Origin: an uncultured candidate division Zixibacteria bacterium
GTDB taxonomy: Bacteria; Zixibacteria; MSB-5A5; UBA10806
Direction of reading: 5' to 3'
NCBI GenBank assembly: GCA_963801605.1
Contig: CAWDFP010000002.1
Span: 17,148 to 81,147, forward strand
Length of the DNA stretch: 64,000 nucleotides
Shown piece after piece: positions 31,353 to 41,844 of this stretch (positions are counted from its first letter, which is position 1; each line of letters starts with the position of its first letter). The position numbers and the translations under genes are program-made. A model generated the notes under the pieces. It had not been told where the DNA came from and ran no database searches. It saw nothing but the letters and a program-made list of their open reading frames with translations.

Positions 31353-32543
31353 TTATAACCGTCGCGCCTTAATAATATTCGGTTCAAATATCGAATCCAA
31401 AACCGATTCCGTACCATTATTGGATTTACCGTCGGCGATAAGTTCCTCATAGCCGCGGAAGAGCGCTCGGTTAACCTCCCGCCAGCTCCGGCGTGACGCA
31501 TATTCCTGGGCTTTAACGGAAAGAGAGTTTCGTAAAAATTCGTTGGTCAGCAATAGTCCCATTTTTGACGCCAGATCCTCGGCATCTTTAGGAATGGTTT
31601 GGAAGCCGGTTTCGCCATCCTGCACCAAATCCATGACTCCGCCCTCGGCGGCTACCACGCAGGGAAGGCCCGAGGCAGCAGCTTCCAGGACCACATTGCC
31701 GAAAGATTCGGTTGTCGATGGGAATACGAAGATATCGGCTGAGGCATAGGCTCGCGAAAGCTCCTCGCCGCGCATAAAACCGGCCAGGATCGCCTCCGGC
31801 AAAACCCTGGCAAGTTCATTTCTGAGAGGTCCATCACCGACAAACACAAGTTTGAAATCAATTTCTTTTTCTTTTAAGATTCCAAAAGCCTTGATGAGTG
31901 TCTCAATATCCTTTTCCTTAACCAGCCTTCCGGTATAAAGCGCCACCGGGCTACCATCGGGAGACCACTTTTTATGCAATGATGCATCGGCGAAAAGGGG
32001 CGAAAAGGATTTCGTATCTATGCCGCGTTGCCAGAGGGCTAATCGTTCAAAGCCATGACTTTTCAATTCCTCGATAGTTGCGTTGGATGGTACGAATGTC
32101 ATCGCCCCTTTGTTATAAAACCAGCGTAAGTAATCCCATCCGAACCATTCTATTTTCCCAAAGCCATAATATTTCAAATATGATACGAATCTGGTATGAT
32201 ATGAGTTGACAGCCGGAATGCCCCGTTCTCTGGCATAGTTGTAAGCGGCCATCCCCATGAAAAAGGGGCTGACGATGTGAACGATATCGGGTTTGAATTT
32301 ATCCAGTGCAGTTCTAATATCGTGAAAAACCGGCAAGCCCACGCGGTATTTGGTGTAAAACGGAAAGGGAACCGAAATAACCTCAACTACTTTGCCGCGC
32401 CAGCCATCAACACCGGGTGTGATGGGGGAGAGGAAGAGAAAATCGTGACCTTCATCGGTGAGGGACGCTTTAAGATGCGACAGGGTATGCGTTACGCCAT
32501 CGATAAAAGGCGGTAATACTTCCGTAAAGTAAGCGATTCTCAA
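31353..32543 (-). CDS. Glycosyltransferase family 4 (MgtA/SqdX/Agt-like lipid glycosyltransferase)
   Basis: MRIAYFTE...DGV, SYHT, RGID, GRLVKEK and FPSTTESFGNVVLEA motifs. Confidence 0.88.
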   Translation of the reverse strand: MRIAYFTEVLPPFIDGVTHTLSHLKASLTDEGHDFLFLSPITPGVDGWRGKVVEVISVPFPFYTKYRVGLPVFHDIRTALDKFKPDIVHIVSPFFMGMAAYNYARERGIPAVNSYHTRFVSYLKYYGFGKIEWFGWDYLRWFYNKGAMTFVPSNATIEELKSHGFERLALWQRGIDTKSFSPLFADASLHKKWSPDGSPVALYTGRLVKEKDIETLIKAFGILKEKEIDFKLVFVGDGPLRNELARVLPEAILAGFMRGEELSRAYASADIFVFPSTTESFGNVVLEAAASGLPCVVAAEGGVMDLVQDGETGFQTIPKDAEDLASKMGLLLTNEFLRNSLSVKAQEYASRRSWREVNRALFRGYEELIADGKSNNGTESVLDSIFEPNIIKARRL

Positions 32544-32635
32544 TGAAGATTCTCCGTACTAAATCGTTCAAGAATATTCCAGGATATTACCAAATCCCCT
32601 GGCAAATGAACCAGCCAATCCGAATAGAGTAGCGC

Positions 32636-33721
32636 TTATCCTTTCCTTTTTTCAATGCGTTGCAGGACACCCTTTATAAGAAACGCCAATACCGAGGTGG
32701 CATCGTCTCTGACTTCGGCATACTGTCCACCCTCGGATTCCGGTACGAATTTGGCCCATGATACGCCCTCGCGATAAGAACATCCGGACAGGCCACCCCA
32801 GTGATCCGGTTCGGGACAGATTCGAACGCCGCGCGAATATTTTTTTGGCTTTACGGGCAATCCCTCAAGATACATGATATCGAAAAATGGCGTAATCTGC
32901 TGGCCCCAATTGCGAGGAACTCCGCCGCCAATGGTAAAGATGCTCAAAGAGCCTTGATGATTATAGACGCGCCTGGCGAAATCAAAAACATCGACAAAGG
33001 TATTAAATGGCGGCACGACCGTTTGCGCAAATGGTTTTTCAAGAAAGGACTTGCTGCTTCGAAGCGCTTTCATCAGGATATCGAGGCTTAATTCGCTATC
33101 GGTAAAGGCCGGCACATAGACCGGTACGCCCGCTTTGAAAGCCGACGATAGCATGCCCCGCTGATCCGGATAAAGCTCGGTGAGCAGTTCACCCAATCGT
33201 CGGAAAAACTCAGCCGACCCGGTAACCGGCGATTTGCCGTCGAGAGCGGGTATCAAACGGTCATAGTATTTGGCGATAGTTTTTGAAGTATGCTCAAATG
33301 AAACTTCGAGTTCGATAGTATCATAAACACGACACATACCTTCCTCATATAGAATAGCATCATCCTTTGAGGGGGCCTTGAAATGCGCCCCTTTCATACC
33401 CTCAGTAAGGCCGTGAGTGACCAGGGCACCCGTTGATACGATAGCATCCACATAACCACGGTCGATAAGTTCGCATATAATTAGGCCCTGTTTGGCGACA
33501 CTCATGGCGCCGCTTAAGGTCAGGACCGTAAAATCATTGGGATCGGTAAAAACATCGGTCAGGATTCTGGCAGCCTCTCCGAGCTGCCGTCCGCTAAACG
33601 ATGTTTTTTCCATGGCCGCCAGAGCATCGTCGAAATCGTCGATTTTATTGAGATCGATCGGTTCCAGCGGCTCCAGCCCCTCACCTTTGGTAAAGGCTGT
33701 TTTTTCTCTCTTTAATTCCAT
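32636..33721 (-). CDS. Deoxyhypusine synthase-like protein
   Basis: SFSGRQLG, VSTGA, RVYDT, PAFTDSE, IGGGVPRNW and GGLSGCSYREGVSWAK (catalytic Lys position) motifs. Confidence 0.88.
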   Translation of the reverse strand: MELKREKTAFTKGEGLEPLEPIDLNKIDDFDDALAAMEKTSFSGRQLGEAARILTDVFTDPNDFTVLTLSGAMSVAKQGLIICELIDRGYVDAIVSTGALVTHGLTEGMKGAHFKAPSKDDAILYEEGMCRVYDTIELEVSFEHTSKTIAKYYDRLIPALDGKSPVTGSAEFFRRLGELLTELYPDQRGMLSSAFKAGVPVYVPAFTDSELSLDILMKALRSSKSFLEKPFAQTVVPPFNTFVDVFDFARRVYNHQGSLSIFTIGGGVPRNWGQQITPFFDIMYLEGLPVKPKKYSRGVRICPEPDHWGGLSGCSYREGVSWAKFVPESEGGQYAEVRDDATSVLAFLIKGVLQRIEKRKG

Positions 33722-33833
33722 TATCAATCCATCATTAAAACATTAATAACTTCAAAAAACGCTCAATCGGTTTTCCGTAAATCGAAAATTTACAAGGTAA
33801 TTATATTAAACGAATGTGTTACTATTATCAAGC

Positions 33834-33858
33834 AAAAAAGGGCTGCGTTTTGCCCCTC
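33834..33858 (-). terminator. Possible terminator after the response regulator
   Basis: Minus strand GGGC-loop-GCCC followed by TTTTTT. Confidence 0.4.
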
Positions 33859-33885
33859 GGAATCTTTTAGGCGAAAATCGAGATA

Positions 33886-35244
33886 TTAGGCCCCTTCTCC
33901 CATACCGTATTCCTGAAGCTTGTTGCGCAGAGTACGAGTGGTAATACCAAGCAGCTCGGCGGTTTTGGTGCGGTTGCCGGCATTGGCTTTGAGCGTTTTG
34001 ATTATCAGCATTTTCTCGGCATTGCCGATTGTGGTGCCAACATCGAGACCGCCTTTGCTTAGCTCCGCTATACCGGTTGAGATATCGGGCGGGAAATCCG
34101 ATATCACAAGCTCCTGGTTTCTCGAAATAACCGTGGTGCGTTCGATAATATTTTCAAGCTCCCGAACATTTCCCGGCCAGGGATAAGTCATCAAGGCCGC
34201 AAGAGCCTTCTCAGAGAGAATCTTTGGCGGGATACCCATCTTTTGCGCAAACTTGCTCAGGAAATATTCGCATAGGAGCGGGATATCCTCCTGCCTCTGC
34301 CTCAGGGGAGGAAGCTCTATTGGAATAACGTTGAGGCGATAGAAGAGATCGTCGCGGAAATTCCCTTTGGCGACCTCATCTTTCAAATCTCTATTTGAGG
34401 TGGCAATTACACGCACGTTAGTTTTAATGCTCTGTCCCGACCCGATTCGTTCAAACTCACGCTCCTGTAAGACTCGAAGCAGCTTAGCCTGAAGACCCTG
34501 ACGAATTTCCGAAATTTCATCAAGCAGAAGAGTACCGCCGTCGGCAAGTTCGAACCTGCCCCGAGTGGAACGGATAGCGCCCGTAAAGGCGCCCTTTTCG
34601 TGGCCGAACAATTCGGATTCAATCAGCCCTTCGGGCAATGCGGCGCAATTCATCTTGATAAACGGCCCGCCGGCCCGTGACGAGTTATAATGAATGGCTT
34701 TGGCTACAAGCTCCTTGCCGGTGCCGGATTCACCACTGATGAGGATAGTTGAATCGGCAGGGCTGGCCCGCTGAATGAGATCGAAAACCATCCTCATGGG
34801 GGCGGCTTTACCGATGATATTTTCGTACGAATATTTTTCGCTGATTTCGCGGCGCAGGATTCGGTTTTCAAGCTTGAGAGATTGATACTCTAAGGCTTTA
34901 GAAACCACCAACTCGATTTGATCCGGGCTCATTGGTTTGGTCAGGTAGTCATGGGCGCCGAGTTTCATAGCTCCGACCGCATGCTCGATAGTGCCAAAGG
35001 CCGTAATGATGATGACACGGCAATCGGGCCAGAGGCGAGTGGCTTCTTTGAGAACATCCAAACCGGAGATACCGGGCATCTTGTAGTCGGTGATGACCAG
35101 ATCATATTCGCCGCGTTCCAGATATTCCAAGGCCTTCTCGCCGCTCTCGACAGTTAGCGGGGCGTGGCCCATACGGATTAGAACCTCGGAAACAAAATCG
35201 CGAACGATCGCTTCATCATCGACTATCAGTATCTTATGTTTCAC
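33886..35244 (-). CDS. Sigma-54-dependent response regulator (REC-AAA+-HTH; FleR/FlrC/AtoC-like)
   Basis: ILIVDDE, TDYKMP, GESGTGKE, GAFTGA, LFYRLNV, WPGNVRELEN and TRTLRNKL motifs. GTG 35244 overlaps the kinase stop. Confidence 0.92.
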   Translation of the reverse strand: MKHKILIVDDEAIVRDFVSEVLIRMGHAPLTVESGEKALEYLERGEYDLVITDYKMPGISGLDVLKEATRLWPDCRVIIITAFGTIEHAVGAMKLGAHDYLTKPMSPDQIELVVSKALEYQSLKLENRILRREISEKYSYENIIGKAAPMRMVFDLIQRASPADSTILISGESGTGKELVAKAIHYNSSRAGGPFIKMNCAALPEGLIESELFGHEKGAFTGAIRSTRGRFELADGGTLLLDEISEIRQGLQAKLLRVLQEREFERIGSGQSIKTNVRVIATSNRDLKDEVAKGNFRDDLFYRLNVIPIELPPLRQRQEDIPLLCEYFLSKFAQKMGIPPKILSEKALAALMTYPWPGNVRELENIIERTTVISRNQELVISDFPPDISTGIAELSKGGLDVGTTIGNAEKMLIIKTLKANAGNRTKTAELLGITTRTLRNKLQEYGMGEGA

Positions 35245-36480
35245 GCAAATCCCCAACTGTCCTATCCGGTATTTCGATAACGAAGCGCGCTCCACCCTCG
35301 GCCTTGTTTTGAGCGGAAACTTTGCCTCCGTGGAGTTCGATCAGTTTTTTAACAGTAGCTAAGCCTAAGCCCGTGCCGTCGGCCCTGGTAGTGTAAAAAG
35401 GAGTGAAGATTTTGTCAATGGCATCTTTAGGGATACCGGGACCGTCATCGTCCACAATAAGATTTAATTCGCCGGAATTAGAACGCTTGATTGTCAATTT
35501 AATATCGCCCGCCATTGGGATTAGCCTGCATGGCGTTTTTGACAAGATTAAATACCACCATCCGGAAAAGCTGGGGATCGAGATTGGCCTGTAAGATGCC
35601 TCGAGCTGGATTCAACCTTGATTGAATGCGAATGGACTTTCTCCGCAGCCTGCAGATCGGTGACAGCGTCAGAGATCACGGAAACGGCATCAACCTCGGC
35701 AATGGATGGCGTAACGCTTCGAGTATAATCAAGCAGGCTGGCAACGATGCTGTTTAAGGACGTCACACCCTGGTTGATCTTTTCCACCAGCCTACGGTCC
35801 GGGCTGTCTTTATCGAGATCTCGAAGAAGGAGCGCGGTAAATCCTGCGATTCCCGAAAGAGGATTACGGATTTCATGCGCCACGGTGGCCGCCATTTCGC
35901 CCAGCGCGGCCAGAGTGGAGACCTGTTTGAGATTATCCTCAAGCCTTTTAATTTCGGATAGATTATAGAGGATTATCACCAGCCCCGATTGATCTTCGGA
36001 GCTTTCCTGCCGAAGCCTGGTTATCGAATAGGCCAGAGGCGGTTTGGGGTTATCGGTCGCCAAGAGATTCAATTCGCCGGTGGCGGCTCCATTTTCGCTA
36101 ATCAGAAGCTCCAACGCCCGAAGAGAATTGCCCAGATTGAGAATGCTATCGAGCTTTTGGCCTAGGGCCGATTCGGCCTTTACGCCGGTATATTTTTCGG
36201 CGGCGGAGTTGAATACGTTGATAGTGCCGGCCTGATCGGTAACAATGACCGCGGAATCGAGGCTTTCGAGAATATTGTTGAGGTAATGGGTCAGACGGTT
36301 GCGCTCACAGAGCGAACTTCGCAAAAGTTCATTGACCCGCGCCAACCGGGAATTGATATCCTCGTATTGCGCCTCGAGCCTGGTGTAGGAATCGCGCAGT
36401 ACCTGGGTAAAATTTCCCATAGTGGAAAAAGATTCTGCGATTTTTTCTAAAATTTCGAGTTCATCGTCTTTGATGCTCAT
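35234..36480 (-). CDS. Cytoplasmic PAS sensor histidine kinase (FleS/FlrB-like), two frameshifts near 35590 and 35510
   Basis: LGEMAATVAHEIRNPL H-box. An intermediate frame gives the NLVKNAMQA N-box. The last frame gives DDGPGI, FTPFYTT and GTGLGL. No TM segment. Confidence 0.85.
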
Positions 36481-36658
36481 AATATCCAATTGTAATACAA
36501 GATCACTATCTTTTTCAACTTAAATCTTGGATAAAGGGATGAATGATTAAAATTAGTACAAATTATTATGATATATAAAGAGTTATAGAATACAATAATT
36601 GCAAGGTCCATTTGAACATGATCGTCTTGCTTTCAACGGACCAATAAACCAGCGCCAA

Positions 36659-39482
36659 CTATTTATTTCGCACGGCGGCCAGCCAGTCTTTAATCGACCT
36701 GGAAATCTCGTCGGGGGATTTACATCTATACTTTGTTCCGCCGACTGAGTTAAGGAAGGTTCGTCCGAAGCCGCTGGTTTCGACTCGGCTATCGAGCAGC
36801 ACGACGCAGCCGCGGTCTTTGGAGGTGCGTATCAACCGTCCGAACCCCTGACGAAACTTCACTACAGCCTCCGGAAGCGATAATTTGGCAAAGGAACTTT
36901 CGCCGTTTTTTTCGATGCGCTCCAGGTTAGCCTTGAACCATGGCCTGTCAGGCACCGTAAAGGGGAGCTTGAAGAGAATCAGAAGCTCCAGAAGCTCACC
37001 GGGCAGGTCGACACCCTCCCAGAATGTATCGGTGCCGAAAAGTACCGCTCGCCGGGCGGCCTTGAATCTTCGGAAAATTCTATCGGAGCTATGAGAACCA
37101 TCCTGAAAAAATAACTCGATTCCGGCATTCTCCAGAAGACTCCTGAGGCTCTCCGCCGAGTTACGGAGCGACCTGTACGATGTAAACAGCACCATCGATT
37201 TTTTGGCCCCGGAGAGGAGAATTGTCTCCAGCGAAAGATTGGCGGCAGTCTCGAATTCCGCTACTTTCGGCGATGGCAGGAATCCTGCCGAAATCACCGC
37301 CACCTGCGAATTGATGTCGAAGGGCGAATCGAGGCAGACTGTCATGATCCGCTCTTTGGAGCCGCTATCAAGGCCCAGCCGACGGATAATATATTCGAAA
37401 CTTTTTTCGATTGTCAGAGTTGCCGATGTGAAAACCGCCGCTTTGAGGTGATCATAGAAATTTTTATCGAGAAGCTTGCCGACATCGAGAGGGGCTGAAA
37501 TAAAGCGGGAGGCATGTCGGGGTGAGGATGATTTTTCCGCCCAGTAAATAAATTCATCATCGGATGCGAACAGGACATCGCTGGCGACCCTCTTAAAATC
37601 TGCGAGGTCGGCGGCAAAGGCCTCCAAACGCACGATGGATTCGCGCCGTTTTGGGAGGCTTTCCCTGTCGCGAACCGCCTCTGCAAGCTCCTCCAACCTA
37701 TCTAAAAGGATTCCCAATGATTCAATCAAATCCTCGCGCTCAGCAATATCGCAGGGATTGTTTTCTGCTGTATACGGAATTTCGCGAGCGTCATTATTTG
37801 CCGAACTGATCCTGACTGTCGCAAAAAACTGATTCGAAGCTAAATTCACCTTGATAACACCATCGATAGCAGATTCAACCAACGGCAAAAGTTCATCGTC
37901 ATTGGCGCGATACATCAGGACGGCCCGTAGATTTGGCAGAAATCCCGATTGGGTTGGACGGGAGGTGTAGATATCGGAAAGGATGCCATCGAGATTGCGC
38001 TTATCGACTGCGCTTCCCAAATAAGACGCTGCGATCTTTTCGAGATTATGAGCCTCATCGAAAATGATATTGCCCGCGCTCAGAGCCAACTCTCCTCCGG
38101 AGGAGAAATCGGCAAAAGTGAGATGATGGTTGGTCACGACAATTTGCGCGGCCTGGGCCTCACGTCTGATTTTGAGCAGGAAACATTTATCGGCAAAACG
38201 GCAGCCCTGCCCCAGGCAAAAGCTGCCCTCGCATGAAATTCTGCTCCAGAGATAATGGTTATGCGAGGGATTGAATCCGTTACATTCGGAGATATCGCCG
38301 GTTTTAGTATTATCCACCCAGAGCGATAGAGCGGCCAGGGCTTCCCTGTCGCGCCTCTCGAATGAAATTTCAGCCTCAGGCAGAAGCTCCATATATTTAT
38401 GAAGACAGATATAATTTCCTTTGCCCTTCAGTAATACCGCCTGGAATTTATATCCGACCGCCTGTTGAATTTGAGGCAAATCCTTGTAGAAAAGTTGTGA
38501 TTGCAGGCTTTTAGTTTGAGTCGAAATCATCACGCGTTCGTGGTTTTGCGATGCCCACCAACTGGCGGGCAGGAGATAAGCCAGTGATTTTCCAACGCCG
38601 GTCGGCGCCTCGCATAAAAGGAACTCCGAACGATTGAAAGTTTCTGCCACCCTGACAGCCATCGTCGCCTGCTGGGTGCGATATTCAAAGAAAGGGATCT
38701 GCTTTGAGATCAAACCGCCCTTTTTGAAACAGTTTTCGACCGCGGCGATATCAACGGGAATGTAATCCTCATACTTTGTTTCCGGCAGTTCTCCAACGAC
38801 ATTGTCGGGATAGAAGTTGGCCTCGATCTCCTGTTGAGGAGTGGGGGAGACGGTTGGCGGTATTTGAATAGTCTTAATTGCCTTTATCGATTGCCGGAAA
38901 TAATCGAGATTGTCCGCTCCAAGGAGGAGCCGTCCGATAGATTCCCTGTCACCGAGGTCAAGCGATGCCAGATGTGTGAGGAGACGCAGATAGATTTCGG
39001 CGGTGGCCAGGCAATCGTCAAGCGCCCGATGCGCCCTCTTGCGGGAAATCTGAAAATGACCGGCCAGCGATGCCAGGCTGTAACGCGCCAGCCGCGGGAA
39101 AAGAATTCTCGAAAGCGAGCCGGTGTCCATGACCCGCGGTTCGAAAAGCGCAAATTTGCTTTTGGGCATCTGCGGTTTGATAAAACCAAGATCGAATGAA
39201 ACGTTGTGCCCAACAATCCAGGGGGAGCTTTCCAGTATTTTTTGATATTTATCGAAAATGAGACTTATGGGCGGAGATGTTTGAACCATCTCGTTATCGA
39301 TACCGGTCAGAGCCGTTATTTCGGAAGGGATGGGTTCGCTCGGGTTTAACCAGTTCGGAGAATTGTTCGACAAGCTCTCCGTTAACAAAACGTACTGCTC
39401 CCAATTCGATGATCTCACAGGAGACGGGATCGAGGCCGGTTGTCTCGAGATCAATAGCGACAAATGAATCGAAACCGCTCAT
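36659..39482 (-). CDS. dinG: DnaQ-type 3'-5' exonuclease-DinG helicase fusion, one frameshift near 39340
   Basis: DLETTG (in the 39294-39482 ORF), GHNVSFD, HRALDDC, APTGVGKS, an Fe-S Cys cluster, DEAH, FWEGVD and QGFGRLIR. Confidence 0.88.
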
Positions 39483-40900
39483 CGCTCTATGGCGATCATC
39501 CTGATGTCGGTCATTTCTTCGATGGCATATTTGACGCCTTCCCGTCCGAGGCCCGACATCTTGACGCCACCGTAAGGCATATTATCGGCCCGATAGGTAG
39601 GCACGTCGTTTATGATTACTCCACCCACCTTCAGACTGTAGATGGCCCTATTAATATTGTCGATATTCTTGGAAAAAACGCCGGCTTGCAGGCCGTAAAC
39701 CGAATCGTTCACCATATTGATAGCATCCCCAAACTCTCGGAAGGGAACCACGCAGACGATCGGCCCAAACGCTTCCCGATTCATTACTTTCATTTCAGGA
39801 GTGGTATTTGTCAAGATTGTCGGCCAGTAATAAGGGCCCTGCCGGTTTCCACCTACCAGGACCTTGGCTCCAGCCGATAGGGCTTCGTTTACCCACGATT
39901 CTATTCGTTTGGCATCGGTTTCTGAAATCATAGGACCAACATCGGTTTTCTCGTCAAGCGGACTGCCTGAAACCAGAGTTTTGACCTGCCCGACGAATGC
40001 CCGCAGGAATTCCTCGAAAATTTCCTGTGCGACGAAGATCCGCTGCACCGAAATACAGACTTGTCCGGCATAGGCAAATGCCCCGGTAGCCAGGCGGGGA
40101 ATGGCGCCAATGAGATCGGCTGTTTTATCGACGATGACGGCTGAATTTGAGCCGAGTTCCAGAATCAGGCGTTTGATTCCAGCGTTGCGGGAAATTTCGA
40201 GACCAACCTCGGGCGAGCCTGTAAATGTTATGGTTCTGATATCATTGGATTCAACCAAAGGCATACCGACTTTATCGCCAGCACCATAGATCAAATTAAA
40301 TCCGCCCGATGGCAGCTCAGTTTTGGCAATTATTTCAGCCAGGAGAAAAGCCGTTAGCGGCGTGTATGATGCCGGTTTGAGAATTACCGGGCAGCCCGCC
40401 GCGATAGCCGGGGCGACTTTATGAGCCACCAAATTCAAGGGAAAATTGAACGGCGATATGGCGGCTACGATACCGGCCGGGACTCTCATAAAAAAGCCAT
40501 ATTTCGATTCCGAACCGATGGCGGCGTCGAGAGGAATGGAGGAGCCTTCGATATCGAGGGCACAGGAAGCGGCAAATTTGAAGGTCTGCTGAGCGCGTCT
40601 GACCTCGGCCAACGATTGTTTGATCGGCTTACCGGCTTCGAGCGTGATTGTTTCGGCCAGTTTTTTCTCATCATCGATAAGGAGATTTGATATTTTTTCA
40701 AGAATCGCGGCTCGCTTGTGCGCCGGTAAGGCCTCCATGGGCTCAAGCGCTTCTTTTCCGACGGTGATAGCCATACTGATCAATTCCTCGTCGGCCAGGG
40801 GATAGGTGCCAAGCGCCGCATTGGAATGTTTATTGACCACTTGAAGTTGTGATTCGCCGTCCAGGAAGTGCCCGCCGATATAAAATTTAGCATTAATCAT
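39479..40900 (-). CDS. Aldehyde dehydrogenase family protein
   Basis: PFNFPLNL, FTGS, LELGSN, GQVCIS and EAFGP motifs. ATG 40900 follows GGAGG. Confidence 0.92.
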   Translation of the reverse strand: MINAKFYIGGHFLDGESQLQVVNKHSNAALGTYPLADEELISMAITVGKEALEPMEALPAHKRAAILEKISNLLIDDEKKLAETITLEAGKPIKQSLAEVRRAQQTFKFAASCALDIEGSSIPLDAAIGSESKYGFFMRVPAGIVAAISPFNFPLNLVAHKVAPAIAAGCPVILKPASYTPLTAFLLAEIIAKTELPSGGFNLIYGAGDKVGMPLVESNDIRTITFTGSPEVGLEISRNAGIKRLILELGSNSAVIVDKTADLIGAIPRLATGAFAYAGQVCISVQRIFVAQEIFEEFLRAFVGQVKTLVSGSPLDEKTDVGPMISETDAKRIESWVNEALSAGAKVLVGGNRQGPYYWPTILTNTTPEMKVMNREAFGPIVCVVPFREFGDAINMVNDSVYGLQAGVFSKNIDNINRAIYSLKVGGVIINDVPTYRADNMPYGGVKMSGLGREGVKYAIEEMTDIRMIAIER

Positions 40901-41006
40901 AATATTATCCTCCACCAGCGATTATATAACGCATTCAGCCGCTCTGCAAGAGATATAAACTTCGCTCGCTTGAATGGCCGAAATTATTTTCAAAATTTGT
41001 TGAAAT

Positions 41007-41038
41007 AAAAAGGCGTCAGGAATTTCTGCCCGACGCCT
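41007..41038 (-). terminator. Rho-independent terminator after rplY
   Basis: Minus strand AGGCGTC...GACGCCT followed by TTTT. Confidence 0.65.
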
Positions 41039-41060
41039 GAATATAACCGAAATAGCGATA

Positions 41061-41783
41061 TTACTTTTTATCGCCTTTTTCCTTTTCGCGCTCGGCTTTA
41101 CGCTCCTCGGCCTTCTTCTCGGCGATAACTTCGGGCTCGGCAGGGCCTTCCTCACCGGGAGCAGCAGCGGCGGCAGCGGCGGCGGCTTCGCCTTCAGCGG
41201 CTGTCGGAGTAGCTTCCTTGATGATAGTAGGCGGCACCACCGAGATAATGGTTTCCTCGGGGCTTTCCAGGATTTCGATGTTTTCAACCTTGATATCCCG
41301 AACGTGCAATGACTCATGGATTTTCAAAAGGGAAATATCCAGCACGAACCGATCGGGGATATTGGCCGGCAAACAGGAAATCTCCACGTCGCGCACCATC
41401 CAGTTGACGATTCCGCCGAAATTTTTCACGCCATCGGGAACACCTTCCAATACAATCGGTATGTGCACTCGAATGTTTTCGGTCAGAGAGATATGCTGAA
41501 AATCGATATGAATCAGAGTTCCCTCAACCGGGTCCCTTTGCACGTCGCGAATCAGCGCCAATTTTTCGGATTTTACGCCATCGATGTTAAGATTGACCAG
41601 CAAATTTTCGCTGGAAGCTTTGCGCATAACGTTGTGGAAATGGCTGTGGTCAAGCTCAATGGCTACCGGCTCTTCGCCCTTGCCGTAAACCACGCCAGGT
41701 ATCTTTCCGGCAGCCCTCATTTTTCTGGCAACGCCCTTGCCGGAATCCAGACGGCGCTTTACATCAATCGTTACTTCCTTCAT
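41061..41783 (-). CDS. rplY: 50S ribosomal protein L25 / general stress protein Ctc
   Basis: GKIPGVVYG, QRDPV...HIDF, GVKNFGG and an Ala/Glu/Lys-rich tail; lies downstream of prs. Confidence 0.95.
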   Translation of the reverse strand: MKEVTIDVKRRLDSGKGVARKMRAAGKIPGVVYGKGEEPVAIELDHSHFHNVMRKASSENLLVNLNIDGVKSEKLALIRDVQRDPVEGTLIHIDFQHISLTENIRVHIPIVLEGVPDGVKNFGGIVNWMVRDVEISCLPANIPDRFVLDISLLKIHESLHVRDIKVENIEILESPEETIISVVPPTIIKEATPTAAEGEAAAAAAAAAPGEEGPAEPEVIAEKKAEERKAEREKEKGDKK

Positions 41784-41844
41784 GTTTACTCCTATTGTTA
41801 AATTATCATATTCTTCAAATTTTTACCGTAATCACTCCGTATTA

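Noticed and set aside
41061..41230. GCN-rich repeat-like tract
   Set aside because: It encodes the normal Ala/Glu/Lys low-complexity tail of L25/Ctc.
40922..41317. 131-aa alternative-frame ORF overlapping rplY, and the many other short overlapping or antisense ORFs in the track
   Set aside because: They are shadows of well-supported genes, with no motifs or RBS.
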